Source: an uncultured delta proteobacterium (lineage in GTDB: Bacteria; Myxococcota_A; Polyangia; Polyangiales; Houyiibacteriaceae). From it: a stretch of DNA of 64,000 nucleotides. The stretch spans positions 96,001 through 160,000 of the forward strand of contig CAVOVB010000004.1 in NCBI GenBank assembly GCA_963699755.1, given 5' to 3'. This document shows positions 1 to 9,154 of the stretch, piece after piece. The notes under the pieces were generated by a model. The model saw only the letters and a list, made by a program, of their open reading frames with translations, ran no database searches and had not been told where the DNA came from. Each line of letters begins with the position of its first letter. Position 1 is the stretch's first letter. The translations under genes and the position numbers were made by a program.

Positions 1-126
1 GCGGCGGTGGCGAAGATCGACGAGCTCCGGACCCGCGAAGAAGGCCAATCGATCTGGACTCGGTTCCGCATCGAGGCACTGCCGATTCAGGCGCGTCTTC
101 GTAGCCGCGGCGGTAGCGCAAGCTAG
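1..126 (+). CDS. 3' end of a CDS entering from the left edge (unknown product)
   Basis: Frame 1 is open from base 1 (AAVAKIDELRTREEGQSIWTRFRIEALPIQARLRSRGGSAS) to TAG at 124-126, 23 bp before the next + strand gene. Confidence 0.55.
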   Translation, partial: AAVAKIDELRTREEGQSIWTRFRIEALPIQARLRSRGGSAS

Positions 127-149
127 GGTCCCGCAGCAGGTGACGCCTC

Positions 150-1055
150 ATGCACAGCATCGTCCTCATCATCGGCAGCGCGCTCGGAGTTGCCGCGCTC
201 GTCGGATGCGTGCGTGAAGTCGACGAAGCTGGAGCCGGTCGAGCGGAGACTCACCTCGCTCCCAACGTCGTGGCGCGCGTGGGCAGCCGCCCAATCGGAG
301 CGGCGGAGCTAGAGTCTCGGATGCAAAGCGAAGAGATCGGCGCCGACGCAGCTCTTGAGCAGCTGATCGACGAAGAGCTCTTGGCTCAAGAAGCCGAGCG
401 CCTTGGGTTTACGGTCAGCGGGGAGGAGCAACGCGCAGTGGAACGGATCATGGTTCGCGCCATGCTTCGAGACATGGAAACAGAGAATACGCCGGAGTCG
501 ATTTCGGATCAGGAGCTGAGAGAGGACTACGCCCGCTACGAGGACAAGTTCCGGATCCCGGAGCGTCGCCGCTCATGGCACATCCTCGTGAGGGGCCACG
601 GCGAGGAGGCCCGATCGCTGGCGGAGTCGATTCTGCGCGAGCTGCGCAAAGCCAAAAACCCGCGCGAGGTCTTCGAACGCTATGCGAACGGGGGCTCGGA
701 GGATTTGGACCTCGAGGTCTCGGCGGAGGACTTGCCGGCAGTAAGTGAAGCGGCTGCTCTCGAAAAACCTTACAAAGACGCGATCTTCGCCGTGGAATCC
801 GAAGGCCCCTTGAAGCAAGTCGTCGAGACCTCCTATGGCTGGCACGCGATCGTGGTGGCCGAGATCATGCCGGCGGAGCAGCGCACCCTGGCGGAGGTGG
901 AGGAGCAATCTCGCGAGCGGCTAAGCCAGGCGAAACGCCTCGCCGCGCTCGTGCGGACGGTGCAGGCGCTCAAGGCCGAAGGTCTGGTGGAGTACGACGA
1001 CGAGGGCGTCGAACGACTTCTTTCGATGGGCGGGCTCCCCGAGCGTTCGGACTGA
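150..1055 (+). CDS. Parvulin/PpiC-type peptidyl-prolyl isomerase, putative lipoprotein (PrsA/SurA-like)
   Basis: Lipobox-like LVGC; SurA/PrsA-type N-terminus (VVARVG..., LEQLIDEELLAQEA); rotamase motifs RRRSWHILVR and VETSYGWHAI. Confidence 0.8.
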   Translation: MHSIVLIIGSALGVAALVGCVREVDEAGAGRAETHLAPNVVARVGSRPIGAAELESRMQSEEIGADAALEQLIDEELLAQEAERLGFTVSGEEQRAVERIMVRAMLRDMETENTPESISDQELREDYARYEDKFRIPERRRSWHILVRGHGEEARSLAESILRELRKAKNPREVFERYANGGSEDLDLEVSAEDLPAVSEAAALEKPYKDAIFAVESEGPLKQVVETSYGWHAIVVAEIMPAEQRTLAEVEEQSRERLSQAKRLAALVRTVQALKAEGLVEYDDEGVERLLSMGGLPERSD

Positions 1056-1110
1056 GCGGGTTGCTCCAGAGTTGCTCCGGCCTCGAGGCTTTGGCTAGCA
1101 TGGGACTTCG

Positions 1111-2178
1111 ATGGTGGAGCGAACAGGCCAGCGATTCGGCGCCTACACGCTGGGGCCTCACGTTGCCGACGGGTCGATGGGGGCCATCTACCAGGCACTC
1201 CACGACCAGACCCGGGAGCGCGTCGCCATCAAGGTGCTTCATCCGCATGTCGCACGCGACGTGGTCGCCGTCGAACGCTTCCGGCGGGAGTACGAAACCG
1301 CGAAATCGCTCCGCCACGCCCACATCATCGAAGTGCTCGATTTCGGGGAAACCGCCGACGGCGCCGAGTTCATGACGATGGAGTTCCTCGAAGGCGAGGA
1401 GCTGAGCTTGCTTCTGGCCCGGAAGGGCCCGTTCCGACCCGCCCGCACCGTCCGAGTCGCCTGCCAACTTGCGATCGCACTCCATCATGCGCACGCGGAC
1501 GGCGTCATTCATCGAGACCTCAAGCCCGACAACATCTTCGTCTGCGCAGGGTCGAACGGCGAGGAAATTCGCGTTCTTGATTTTGGCTCGGTGAAGCTGC
1601 AAGTCGAAATTGGGCCAAAGCTCACGATGCTCGGCACGACCTTGGGGTCCCCTTGCTACATGTCGCCGGAGCAGGCGATGGGAAAGCACGATGTCGATCC
1701 GCGCACCGACGTGTTTGCGCAGGCCGCGATCATGCACGAGCTCGCCACCGGCGAAGTCGCTTTCGCCGGACCCGTCATCACCGAGATTCTGAGGAAGATC
1801 GTCGCGGAGGATCCGCCTGCGGTCAGCATCGTCAATCCCGAATATCCCCGGGCTTTCGACGAGGTCTTGAGAAAGGGGCTGCGCAAGGACAAGCTCGAGC
1901 GATTCGGAAGCAGCATGGAGCTCGCCGAGGCCATGCTGGCCGCCTTCGGCCTCGAAGCGGACGTCGAACGTTGGGCGAGCGCGCCCGTCGACGAGATCGA
2001 GAAGTCGATCGGCGATGCGCCCAATATACCGCCTGTCCCTCCAGAGACTCCGTCCGCGCTCGGCACCGGCGTTGCTGCAGAGCTCCCGACGCGAGGGCCT
2101 CGTGGGGCGAGGCTGACGATTGGCTTCATCGTCGCGGCTGCGTTGATTCTCGGCGGCTGGCTCCTCTTGCGAGTCTGA
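1111..2178 (+). CDS. Hanks-type Ser/Thr protein kinase with C-terminal membrane anchor
   Basis: VAIKVL, IHRDLKPDN, DFG, YMSPEQ and DPRTDVF motifs; hydrophobic C-terminal helix. Confidence 0.92.
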   Translation: MVERTGQRFGAYTLGPHVADGSMGAIYQALHDQTRERVAIKVLHPHVARDVVAVERFRREYETAKSLRHAHIIEVLDFGETADGAEFMTMEFLEGEELSLLLARKGPFRPARTVRVACQLAIALHHAHADGVIHRDLKPDNIFVCAGSNGEEIRVLDFGSVKLQVEIGPKLTMLGTTLGSPCYMSPEQAMGKHDVDPRTDVFAQAAIMHELATGEVAFAGPVITEILRKIVAEDPPAVSIVNPEYPRAFDEVLRKGLRKDKLERFGSSMELAEAMLAAFGLEADVERWASAPVDEIEKSIGDAPNIPPVPPETPSALGTGVAAELPTRGPRGARLTIGFIVAAALILGGWLLLRV

Positions 2179-2181
2179 CGC

Positions 2182-4020
2182 TCAGTCGAGTACCTGAAGC
2201 AAACCGTCACGCACCAAGTACAGCTGTGGGGGATGCGCCGGCGTCCGATCGGAGGAGAACGAATCTACCGAGGTCACTGGAACCAAAGAAGCGCCGTTCC
2301 GAAGCGCATTCGTCAGCGACTCCCGAGTCTGGTTCCCCAGTCGCAGCGTCGTGGAAACCAGGCGATAGGCGTCGTACCCATACGCCGCGAACATCTGCGG
2401 GCTTTTTCCATATCGCGTTTCGTAGGCCGCCCTGAAGTGCTGGTTCAAGCTGGCCTCGGACGCCTCGTAGAAAGGAAGCGCCACCAACGCGCCCTGAAGA
2501 TAGCGCTGCGCGCGATCGAGAAGCTTGGCGGACCAGCTCGGGCTTGGAAGAAGAAAATGAATTTCGCGCTCGGCGTGATCGGGCAGCGTACCCTCGGCAA
2601 GGCTCCATGCGCCTTCGGCGGCAAAGGTGGGCGCGATCAGCGCGACTTGATCGGCTACGTCGGCGAGGAGAACGACATCGCAGCTCGTTTCGAGCAGCGT
2701 GCGGACGTAATCCGCAAAGGACTTGGTGCCGGGCGGATACGCGACCCCCTCGCAGTAGACCCCGCCGGCGGAGGCGACTTCCTGATCGAAGAGGCGCTCC
2801 ATTGTGCGGCCATAGCCATGGTCGGGATATAGGATCACGAACCTCGAGAGCCCCCGCGTGCGCGCCTTTCCGACTAACTCGGCCAATTCGTCGCGCGGGC
2901 TATAGAGAAATCGAAACACCTGTTCGCCTGCGCTCGTGACATCTTCGGACGCGGAGAAGCTCAACAGTGGCACCCCCGCCCGGCTCGTGATCTTCGCTGC
3001 CGCCTCGGTGGTATGGCTGCTGACCGGACCGAGTACGGCAACCACGCGCTGGTTTCCGATCAGCGACTCGACCGCTGCGCTCGTCTGTGCCTCGTTGCCG
3101 GCAGTGTCCTCGACCACGAGCTCCGGCCCGCCCTCGTCGAGCGCAGCGAGCTGCATCCCCTGCAGGAGCTGATGGCCGACTTCGCGTCCGCGCCCACTCA
3201 GCGGAAGCAGTGCCCCAACCACATAAGGGTTGCCATGTAGGAATTCCTCGGCGCGCGCGAGCAGAATGATCAGCTCTGGATGGGTGCTCGCATCGCTGGC
3301 ACGCAATGATGCCGCGCAATGCGCCACCAGGTCCGCATCCTGCGTCTCGAGAGCGTGGCGGAGCACTCGCATCGATGCGAAGGTTTGGGGAAGGGCAGCC
3401 GGCCGAAGCGCGTCGACGAGCGCGGTAGCTTCTTCGATAGTGAGCTTTTCGACCAGCAACTCGATGGCGGCGTCGACGCGCTGCGGGTCGTCGGGGGGGC
3501 CGCCGCGCTCGATGAGCGTGTCGAGGACGCGCAAACCAAGAGCGGCGCTCGTCGTCTGCTCGGCGGAGATCACCGTAGTGTCCCAGAGCAGCACCTGCTC
3601 CTCCGTGGAGAAGCGCTCACCTGCCAGCGGCGCGACGGTCTCGAGGGCCCGTTCCGGATCACCCAACTGCAATTGGCACGAGCCGAGATGAAGCGATGCG
3701 CGGAGAGCGATGGCTCGGTCCGCACTTTGCTGCGCCTGCTCGAAATGAGGGATTGCGCTCTGACATCGACCGATGTCGGCGCCCAGTACGCCGAGCTCGA
3801 GACGTGCCAAGTCTGCCTCGGTCGTCCCTTGATTCTGGATGATGAAAGTCTCGTACGCGTTTTGTGCGCCTCGGACGTCTCCGCTCGAGGCGAGTGAGCG
3901 CGCCCTGGTGATTTCGGACGGCGGGGCCTTTTCGAGCGGACTCTCAACCTTCTTGGGTGCACAGCTGCCCAGGGGGATCGTGAGGATCAGTGCCAGGCAC
4001 GGCAGAGCGCTTCTCAACAT
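2182..4020 (-). CDS. TPR + periplasmic-binding-protein type 1 lipoprotein (LpoA/LppC-like penicillin-binding-protein activator)
   Basis: Lipobox LGSC; TPR helices; VGALLPLSGRG...VVEDT, VLGPV and AAYGYDA motifs of the PBP1 LppC/LivJ fold. Confidence 0.75.
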   Translation of the reverse strand: MLRSALPCLALILTIPLGSCAPKKVESPLEKAPPSEITRARSLASSGDVRGAQNAYETFIIQNQGTTEADLARLELGVLGADIGRCQSAIPHFEQAQQSADRAIALRASLHLGSCQLQLGDPERALETVAPLAGERFSTEEQVLLWDTTVISAEQTTSAALGLRVLDTLIERGGPPDDPQRVDAAIELLVEKLTIEEATALVDALRPAALPQTFASMRVLRHALETQDADLVAHCAASLRASDASTHPELIILLARAEEFLHGNPYVVGALLPLSGRGREVGHQLLQGMQLAALDEGGPELVVEDTAGNEAQTSAAVESLIGNQRVVAVLGPVSSHTTEAAAKITSRAGVPLLSFSASEDVTSAGEQVFRFLYSPRDELAELVGKARTRGLSRFVILYPDHGYGRTMERLFDQEVASAGGVYCEGVAYPPGTKSFADYVRTLLETSCDVVLLADVADQVALIAPTFAAEGAWSLAEGTLPDHAEREIHFLLPSPSWSAKLLDRAQRYLQGALVALPFYEASEASLNQHFRAAYETRYGKSPQMFAAYGYDAYRLVSTTLRLGNQTRESLTNALRNGASLVPVTSVDSFSSDRTPAHPPQLYLVRDGLLQVLD

Positions 4021-4053
4021 GCCCGCGCACGATACATGCCTCCACGCCGGCAG

Positions 4054-4896
4054 TCACACCGCCGAGTGCCAGCGCTGCCCGAGTCTTGCAAACTCCTCTA
4101 TCGAAAGCGTTTCGCCGCGCCTTCCCGGATCGATGCCCGCCTCCCGCAGGGCGGCGGAGGCTCGGTCGGCGTCGCCGAGGGCACGGAGAGCGTTGCGCAA
4201 GGTCTTGCGGCGCATCCGGAACGCCGCCCGTACTACGGTCTGAAACGCCTCGGTCTCTTCGGCTAAGGGGGCTTCGCGCGGAACGAGCCGAATGACTGCG
4301 CTTTCGACCCTGGGTGCTGGATAGAACGAGCCGGGCCGCAGGCGGCACACCGTCTCGACCTCAAACGCTGCTCCCACGAACACGGTCAGGGCGCCGTATT
4401 CCTTCGTCGACGGTGGAGCGACCAAGCGGTCTCGCACTTCGCGCTGGACCATCAAGATCGCCCCCTTGAGAACGGCCGCGGCTCCGACCACCCTGCGGAT
4501 GATCGCGCCGGTGGCCTGATAAGGAAGATTTCCCGTGACGACTAACTTCGACCCACAAGCTTTTGAATATTCTTCCAAATCAAGCTCTGCCGCGTCGCCA
4601 AGTCGGACGTCCAGACGCTGCCGGCCCTCGAATTCTTCGCGCAGGACGCGAACCATGTCGCGATCGAGCTCGACCGCGAGAACGCTCGCACCGCGCTCGA
4701 GGAGGGCATGGGTGAGCGCGCCCAGGCCTGGCCCGAGCTCGACGATCTCGTTGCCCATGGCGACGGCCGCGTCCGCGATTTGTGCGACGGCGCCTGGCTG
4801 GATGAGGAAGTTCTGAGAAAACGACCGTTTCGGCTGCAGCTCATATTTGCTAAGCAGATCTCTGGCATCAGGCGGATCAGGCCGGTCGGTCGTCAT
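4054..4896 (-). CDS. rsmA: 16S rRNA m6,2A1518/1519 dimethyltransferase
   Basis: PKRSFSQNFL, ELGPGLGALT, GNLPY, MVQREV, YGALTV, FYPAPRVESAV and RRKTLRN motifs. Confidence 0.96.
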   Translation of the reverse strand: MTTDRPDPPDARDLLSKYELQPKRSFSQNFLIQPGAVAQIADAAVAMGNEIVELGPGLGALTHALLERGASVLAVELDRDMVRVLREEFEGRQRLDVRLGDAAELDLEEYSKACGSKLVVTGNLPYQATGAIIRRVVGAAAVLKGAILMVQREVRDRLVAPPSTKEYGALTVFVGAAFEVETVCRLRPGSFYPAPRVESAVIRLVPREAPLAEETEAFQTVVRAAFRMRRKTLRNALRALGDADRASAALREAGIDPGRRGETLSIEEFARLGQRWHSAV

Positions 4897-4967
4897 CGGG
4901 TCAAGTCTCCAAGATCATGTGTATTTTTGGAAAAGACGACACCGCAAGCCCAGTTGTGCCACAAGCG

Positions 4968-4995
4968 TTGTCACGCAAGAAGGCGTTATTATATT
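4968..4995 (+). promoter_or_regulatory. Putative sigma-70 promoter for the small ORF / sigma-54 activator
   Basis: TTGTCA (4968-4973), 16-nt spacer, TATATT (4990-4995) in an AT-rich divergent intergenic region. Confidence 0.45.
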
Positions 4996-5038
4996 GGCCC
5001 GGCAAGTAGTTTGACCTAGGTTAAAGGTAGAGGAACAA

Positions 5039-5209
5039 ATGCTTCCAGGCTTCATCATCGACCAAATCCGTCAGCGTGAAGAAGAAGAGCAGGCCAAGCG
5101 CCAGGTTCCTCAGATTCAGCTGCCAATTCCGATGCCAGAGGGTTCAAGGCCCCCTGAACGCAAAGACGAGTCGGATCGGGGCGTGGTGATTATCGATCTA
5201 TGCGCGTAG
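5039..5209 (+). CDS. Small 56-aa hypothetical protein (not in ORF track)
   Basis: GAGGA RBS 4 nt before ATG; MLPGFIIDQIRQREEEEQAKRQVPQIQLPIPMPEGSRPPERKDESDRGVVIIDLCA*; fills the intergenic gap. Confidence 0.75.
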   Translation: MLPGFIIDQIRQREEEEQAKRQVPQIQLPIPMPEGSRPPERKDESDRGVVIIDLCA

Positions 5210-5232
5210 TGAGAGTCCGCTAGACTGCGGAT

Positions 5233-7572
5233 GTGCCAGACCGTGCCTCAGTGAGCCTTGATGCGCTATCGGATTCCGTATGGGATCGGGTGGACCGTGG
5301 CGAGCTCGGGGAGGCGTTTCGCCTGATCTGGGCGGCCGGCGAGGGTCCAGAGCTCGCGGCCCCGGGGCAGCGCATGCGGGCCGAGCTTCAGGCTTACTGT
5401 GGAAACGAAGACGCGGCCCTCGCGCTGATTGCGGACCAGTCAGATGACTCGACCTCCATGGTTCGAGCGCGGGTGGCAGCTGCGCGCGGCGACTGGCAGG
5501 CAGCTTTGGACCACGCGCTCGCGGCGGTGCAGTCGTCGAGCCGAAGCCCCCGTACACCACTGCTCGCCGCGCGCGCGTGCATCGAGCTCGGGCGCCGCGA
5601 AGCGGCGGGCGGGCTGCTCGACCAGGTCGCCGAGGAGAGCCCGCAGCACGCGTTGGCTGTTGCGGCCCTCCGCGCGCGGCTATCGATCGACGAACCAGTG
5701 GCTGAGCTCGGTCGGATCGTGGAGCGCGCGCAAGCGGAAGGTGTCGCCCGCATTTGCGCGGAGGCCTGGGCCGACCGAAGCGAGCTCCATCGCGCTCGGA
5801 ACGAAGACGAAGCCATGCGAAAGGCAGCCCTGCGCGCCGTCGAGCTGTGGGACGATATGGCCACTTCGTTGCCGCCGCCCCTTCGCGCTGGCTTTTGGTG
5901 CGACGCCAAACGGCAGGCCATACGAAAGCAGTGCAAGCGCGAGAAAACCCAGGCTCACAGTTCCTCGAGAAGCAACCTCTCGACGCTGCTCGCCAATTTG
6001 CGAAGGCTCGCGAGCGAACGGGATCTTTCGAAGCTGCTGTCCCTCATCACCGATGGCGCCGTGGCCCTGAGCGGCGCCGAACGCGGCTTCGTCCTGTTGG
6101 TCGATGAGCAGGGGGCTCTCGAACCGAGGACCATTCGCGTCGCACAGAGCCTGCTGGGCGAGGATACCGCGGCCTTCAGCCGATCGATCGCGGAAACCGT
6201 GCTCATCGACGGCGAGCCTGTGGTCACGGTCGACGCGACACACGACGCCCGCGTCCAGGACTACATGTCGGTCCACCAGCTGATGCTCAAGTCCGTCGCC
6301 TGCCTTCCCATCGAGTCCCGGGGCCGAATCTGGGGAGTTCTCTATTTGGAGCACCGAAGTGCGAGCGGACGATTTTCTGGCACAGACCTCGACCTGCTTC
6401 GTGCCTATGCCGATCAGGCTGCCATCGCCATCGAAACCACGCATCTCTTCGAGCGCGTCGAGACTCAGAAACATGACCTTGAGCTTGCCAATACGGCACT
6501 AAGGGAGGCCAACGTGCAGCTCGAGCAGCGGCTACATGGGCAGACCGAGGCCCTTCAGCGGACACGTCGTGAGATCGCTTCGCTTCAGGCGTCAACAGCC
6601 GATGGTGAGCGCTGGGGCCTCGTCGGTGCAAGTGAAGGGATGCGGCGTGTGTACGAGCTACTCGACCGGCTAGCTGGCAGCGAAGTGCCAGTGGTGGTCA
6701 CCGGAGAGAGCGGAACAGGCAAGGAGCTCGTTGCTCGCGCGATTCATCGAGGCAGCGTGCGCGCCGATGCGCCCTACGTGTCGCTCAACTGCGGCACGAT
6801 TCCCGAAGGGATCCTCGAAAGCGAGCTCTTCGGTCACGTGGCCGGGGCGTTCACCGGAGCCCTACGCGCGCGCGAGGGAGTCTTTCAGCAGGCACATGGC
6901 GGCACACTGTTCATGGATGAAGTCGCCGACATGCCGGCACGCATGCAGCTCGACTTGCTCCGGGTCCTGCAGGAACGGCACATCCGCCCTGTTGGCGGCA
7001 CCGAGGAGAAGCCAATCGATGTCAGACTCGTGACGGCATCGAAACGTCCGCTCACCGAGCTGATCGACGAGGGCAAGCTGCGAGAGGACCTCTACTATCG
7101 ATTGGCGGTGGTAGAGGTCGCTCTGCCGCCGCTTCGCGAAAGGCGCTCGGATATTCCACTGCTCTGCGATCACTTCCTCCGGCTCATCGCGAAGGAGCGC
7201 GGAGAGCCGAGAAAGCGTCTGAGCCGTGATGCTCTGCAGCGTCTCTGTACCCACGACTTCCCCGGGAATGTTCGCGAGCTCGAGCACCTTCTGATCAACG
7301 CAACCGTGTTCGCCTCTTCGGACTGCATCGAAGCCGAAGAGCTCGCCATCGAGGCTGGCCGTGTTTCGCCACCCCGAATCACTGACCTCGGCAACTACGA
7401 TGACTTCAAGGAGGCCGAACGAGACCAGATTCTCGCCACGTTGAACACACATGGCTGGAATCGTGCGAAAGCAGCACGCGCGCTTGGGATGGCTCGACGG
7501 ACATTCTACCGCCGACTCAAGGAGCACGGAATCGAGCTTCCCGGGAAGGCTGGGTCGGATTCGCGGAGCTAG
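5233..7572 (+). CDS. Sigma-54 enhancer-binding protein (TPR-like helical - GAF - AAA+ - Fis HTH)
   Basis: GESGTGKE Walker A, ESELFGH..GAFTGA, LFMDEV, REDLYYRL, FPGNVREL; HTH WNRAKAARALGMARRTFYRRL; GAF with AERGFVLL and SVACLP. Confidence 0.93.
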   Translation: MPDRASVSLDALSDSVWDRVDRGELGEAFRLIWAAGEGPELAAPGQRMRAELQAYCGNEDAALALIADQSDDSTSMVRARVAAARGDWQAALDHALAAVQSSSRSPRTPLLAARACIELGRREAAGGLLDQVAEESPQHALAVAALRARLSIDEPVAELGRIVERAQAEGVARICAEAWADRSELHRARNEDEAMRKAALRAVELWDDMATSLPPPLRAGFWCDAKRQAIRKQCKREKTQAHSSSRSNLSTLLANLRRLASERDLSKLLSLITDGAVALSGAERGFVLLVDEQGALEPRTIRVAQSLLGEDTAAFSRSIAETVLIDGEPVVTVDATHDARVQDYMSVHQLMLKSVACLPIESRGRIWGVLYLEHRSASGRFSGTDLDLLRAYADQAAIAIETTHLFERVETQKHDLELANTALREANVQLEQRLHGQTEALQRTRREIASLQASTADGERWGLVGASEGMRRVYELLDRLAGSEVPVVVTGESGTGKELVARAIHRGSVRADAPYVSLNCGTIPEGILESELFGHVAGAFTGALRAREGVFQQAHGGTLFMDEVADMPARMQLDLLRVLQERHIRPVGGTEEKPIDVRLVTASKRPLTELIDEGKLREDLYYRLAVVEVALPPLRERRSDIPLLCDHFLRLIAKERGEPRKRLSRDALQRLCTHDFPGNVRELEHLLINATVFASSDCIEAEELAIEAGRVSPPRITDLGNYDDFKEAERDQILATLNTHGWNRAKAARALGMARRTFYRRLKEHGIELPGKAGSDSRS

Positions 7573-8501
7573 AGGCTCGCAGGTGAGATAGCGCTCGAAA
7601 CCCCGGCATCGTACTGTTCCGGCGTCTCCCCCGGGGGAAGGTACAAGGGCGGCTCTCCCGGTCGTGACCAATCGACCCAGTAAACTCCCTTCGAGCGGAC
7701 ATCGATGTGGACGAAGCTGCTGCGGGGGTAGTAACCGACCCCGACTTTGTTGAGCGTCAAGCAATAGTCCCGCAGGACCTCATTCGGGACACCTTCGACT
7801 CGAATGTCGATCGCTTGCCCGCTCGTGTGACGACTCGAGCCGGCATCGTCGCTCTTCTCGGAGCGATAGGCGCTGACCACGATGATGCTTCGCCCGTTGA
7901 ACTGGTCTGCGAGATAGGCGAGCACGCGCAACAGTCGGATGTCTGGGCTCTTCTCTTCATCATTTTCCCGGTCTCGAAGGAAACGACCGAGTCGCTTCCG
8001 TGCCTTTGGGTCTGGCTTCCCGCCCACGTCGAACAGGCGCACGCGGAGCGTCTCCTGACTGGCTGGACGGGCAAGTGTGACCAATCCGTTCATGATCGTC
8101 TTCCGCGCCTTGCTCTCCTTCGCGCTCTGACTGTAGCCGGGAAGCTCGAGCCGCTGCCCAACTCGCAGGGTGGACTCGGGTTTGAGACGATTCGCGTTGG
8201 CGAGTGCCTTGACGCTCACCTTATTGAGTTGCGCGATTCCCGTGAGCGTCTGCCCCGGATAGACGTAGACCACGCCCTTGGGCGGAATCCGGAGAACCTG
8301 GCCTAGGCGAAGGTTGGAGGTCTTCGTCAATCGATTTGCGGCCGCGAGATTCGTTGCCGAGACACGATATCGATTCGCAATGAGGCTCAGCGTCTCACCT
8401 TCCCGTACGGTGTGCTTTCGTTGGGCATGTGCAGGCACGTGCAGAAGGAAGACCAAGAACACCACAGCGACCGCGCGCCACGCCCAATTCCAGCTCATCA
8501 C
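7569..8501 (-). CDS. Exported LysM x2 + DUF882/YcbK (peptidase M15) peptidoglycan endopeptidase
   Basis: Signal peptide ending AHA; two LysM repeats (HTVREGETLSLIA, YVYPGQTLTGIA); SAYRS, SRHTSGQAIDI and GVGYYPRSSFVHIDVR. Confidence 0.85.
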   Translation of the reverse strand: MMSWNWAWRAVAVVFLVFLLHVPAHAQRKHTVREGETLSLIANRYRVSATNLAAANRLTKTSNLRLGQVLRIPPKGVVYVYPGQTLTGIAQLNKVSVKALANANRLKPESTLRVGQRLELPGYSQSAKESKARKTIMNGLVTLARPASQETLRVRLFDVGGKPDPKARKRLGRFLRDRENDEEKSPDIRLLRVLAYLADQFNGRSIIVVSAYRSEKSDDAGSSRHTSGQAIDIRVEGVPNEVLRDYCLTLNKVGVGYYPRSSFVHIDVRSKGVYWVDWSRPGEPPLYLPPGETPEQYDAGVSSAISPASL

Positions 8502-8746
8502 GACCCAGCGAGTATTGACGAGTCCGAGGGGAGAGCAACTTAGACGCCATCATCTCGGTTTTTTTGCCTTCAGCGGCAAGCGTTGCGACCATGAATTCTG
8601 ACACCTTCGTTCGTTGACATTCGGTGGGTTCGCGCGTCGAGCACAAGCAGTGCCTGGCGATCGCGGATGTCAGTGTTCCGCTCACTAGGTTTACCTAATT
8701 TAGGCATAATTAACACATAAATTAGCGCTAAATTTTCCTAAGTTGC

Positions 8747-8775
8747 TTGACCCTAGAGTGGTTCGGTCATAGCCT
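8747..8775 (+). promoter_or_regulatory. Putative sigma-70 promoter of the HTH-pilMNOPQ operon
   Basis: TTGACC (8747-8752), 17-nt spacer, TAGCCT (8770-8775), preceded by an AT-rich tract. Confidence 0.55.
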
Positions 8776-8821
8776 GTTCGAGGAAGGGCGCGGTGTGTGT
8801 TCCTCCTCAGTGAGTTAGGCG

Positions 8822-9145
8822 ATGAGCTACGACCCAGAGGCAAACAAAGCGATGCAAAAGCCCAATACCTTGGGTGCTTCGCCCTCTGATGCGAGCGACC
8901 GAGAAGGGGCTGCGAAGCCCAACGCGAATAAGAAAAGCGGCAATAAGCCCAACAATGTTCGCATGATCCGAATCGAGCGCATGATGTCCAAAGCTGAGTT
9001 GGCTCGACGCGCGAACCTATCGGTGTTGACGATTGATCGTGTCGAGAAGGGTTTTGGATGTCGGATGGACACAAAACGAAAGATTCTCGAAGCTTTGGGT
9101 CTGAGGCTCGCCGACAGGGTACGTGTGTTCGGCGAGGAGGAGTAG
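8822..9145 (+). CDS. XRE/Cro-family helix-turn-helix transcriptional regulator
   Basis: NNVRMIRIERMMSKAELARRANLSVLTIDRVEKG is a typical XRE HTH; 9 bp upstream of pilM. Confidence 0.88.
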   Translation: MSYDPEANKAMQKPNTLGASPSDASDREGAAKPNANKKSGNKPNNVRMIRIERMMSKAELARRANLSVLTIDRVEKGFGCRMDTKRKILEALGLRLADRVRVFGEEE

Positions 9146-9154
9146 CGTGCCTAC

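Noticed and set aside
4944..4962. Sigma-54 -24/-12 promoter (minus strand TGGCACAACTGGGCTTGC)
   Set aside because: The GG-to-GC spacing does not fit the strict GG-N10-GC requirement
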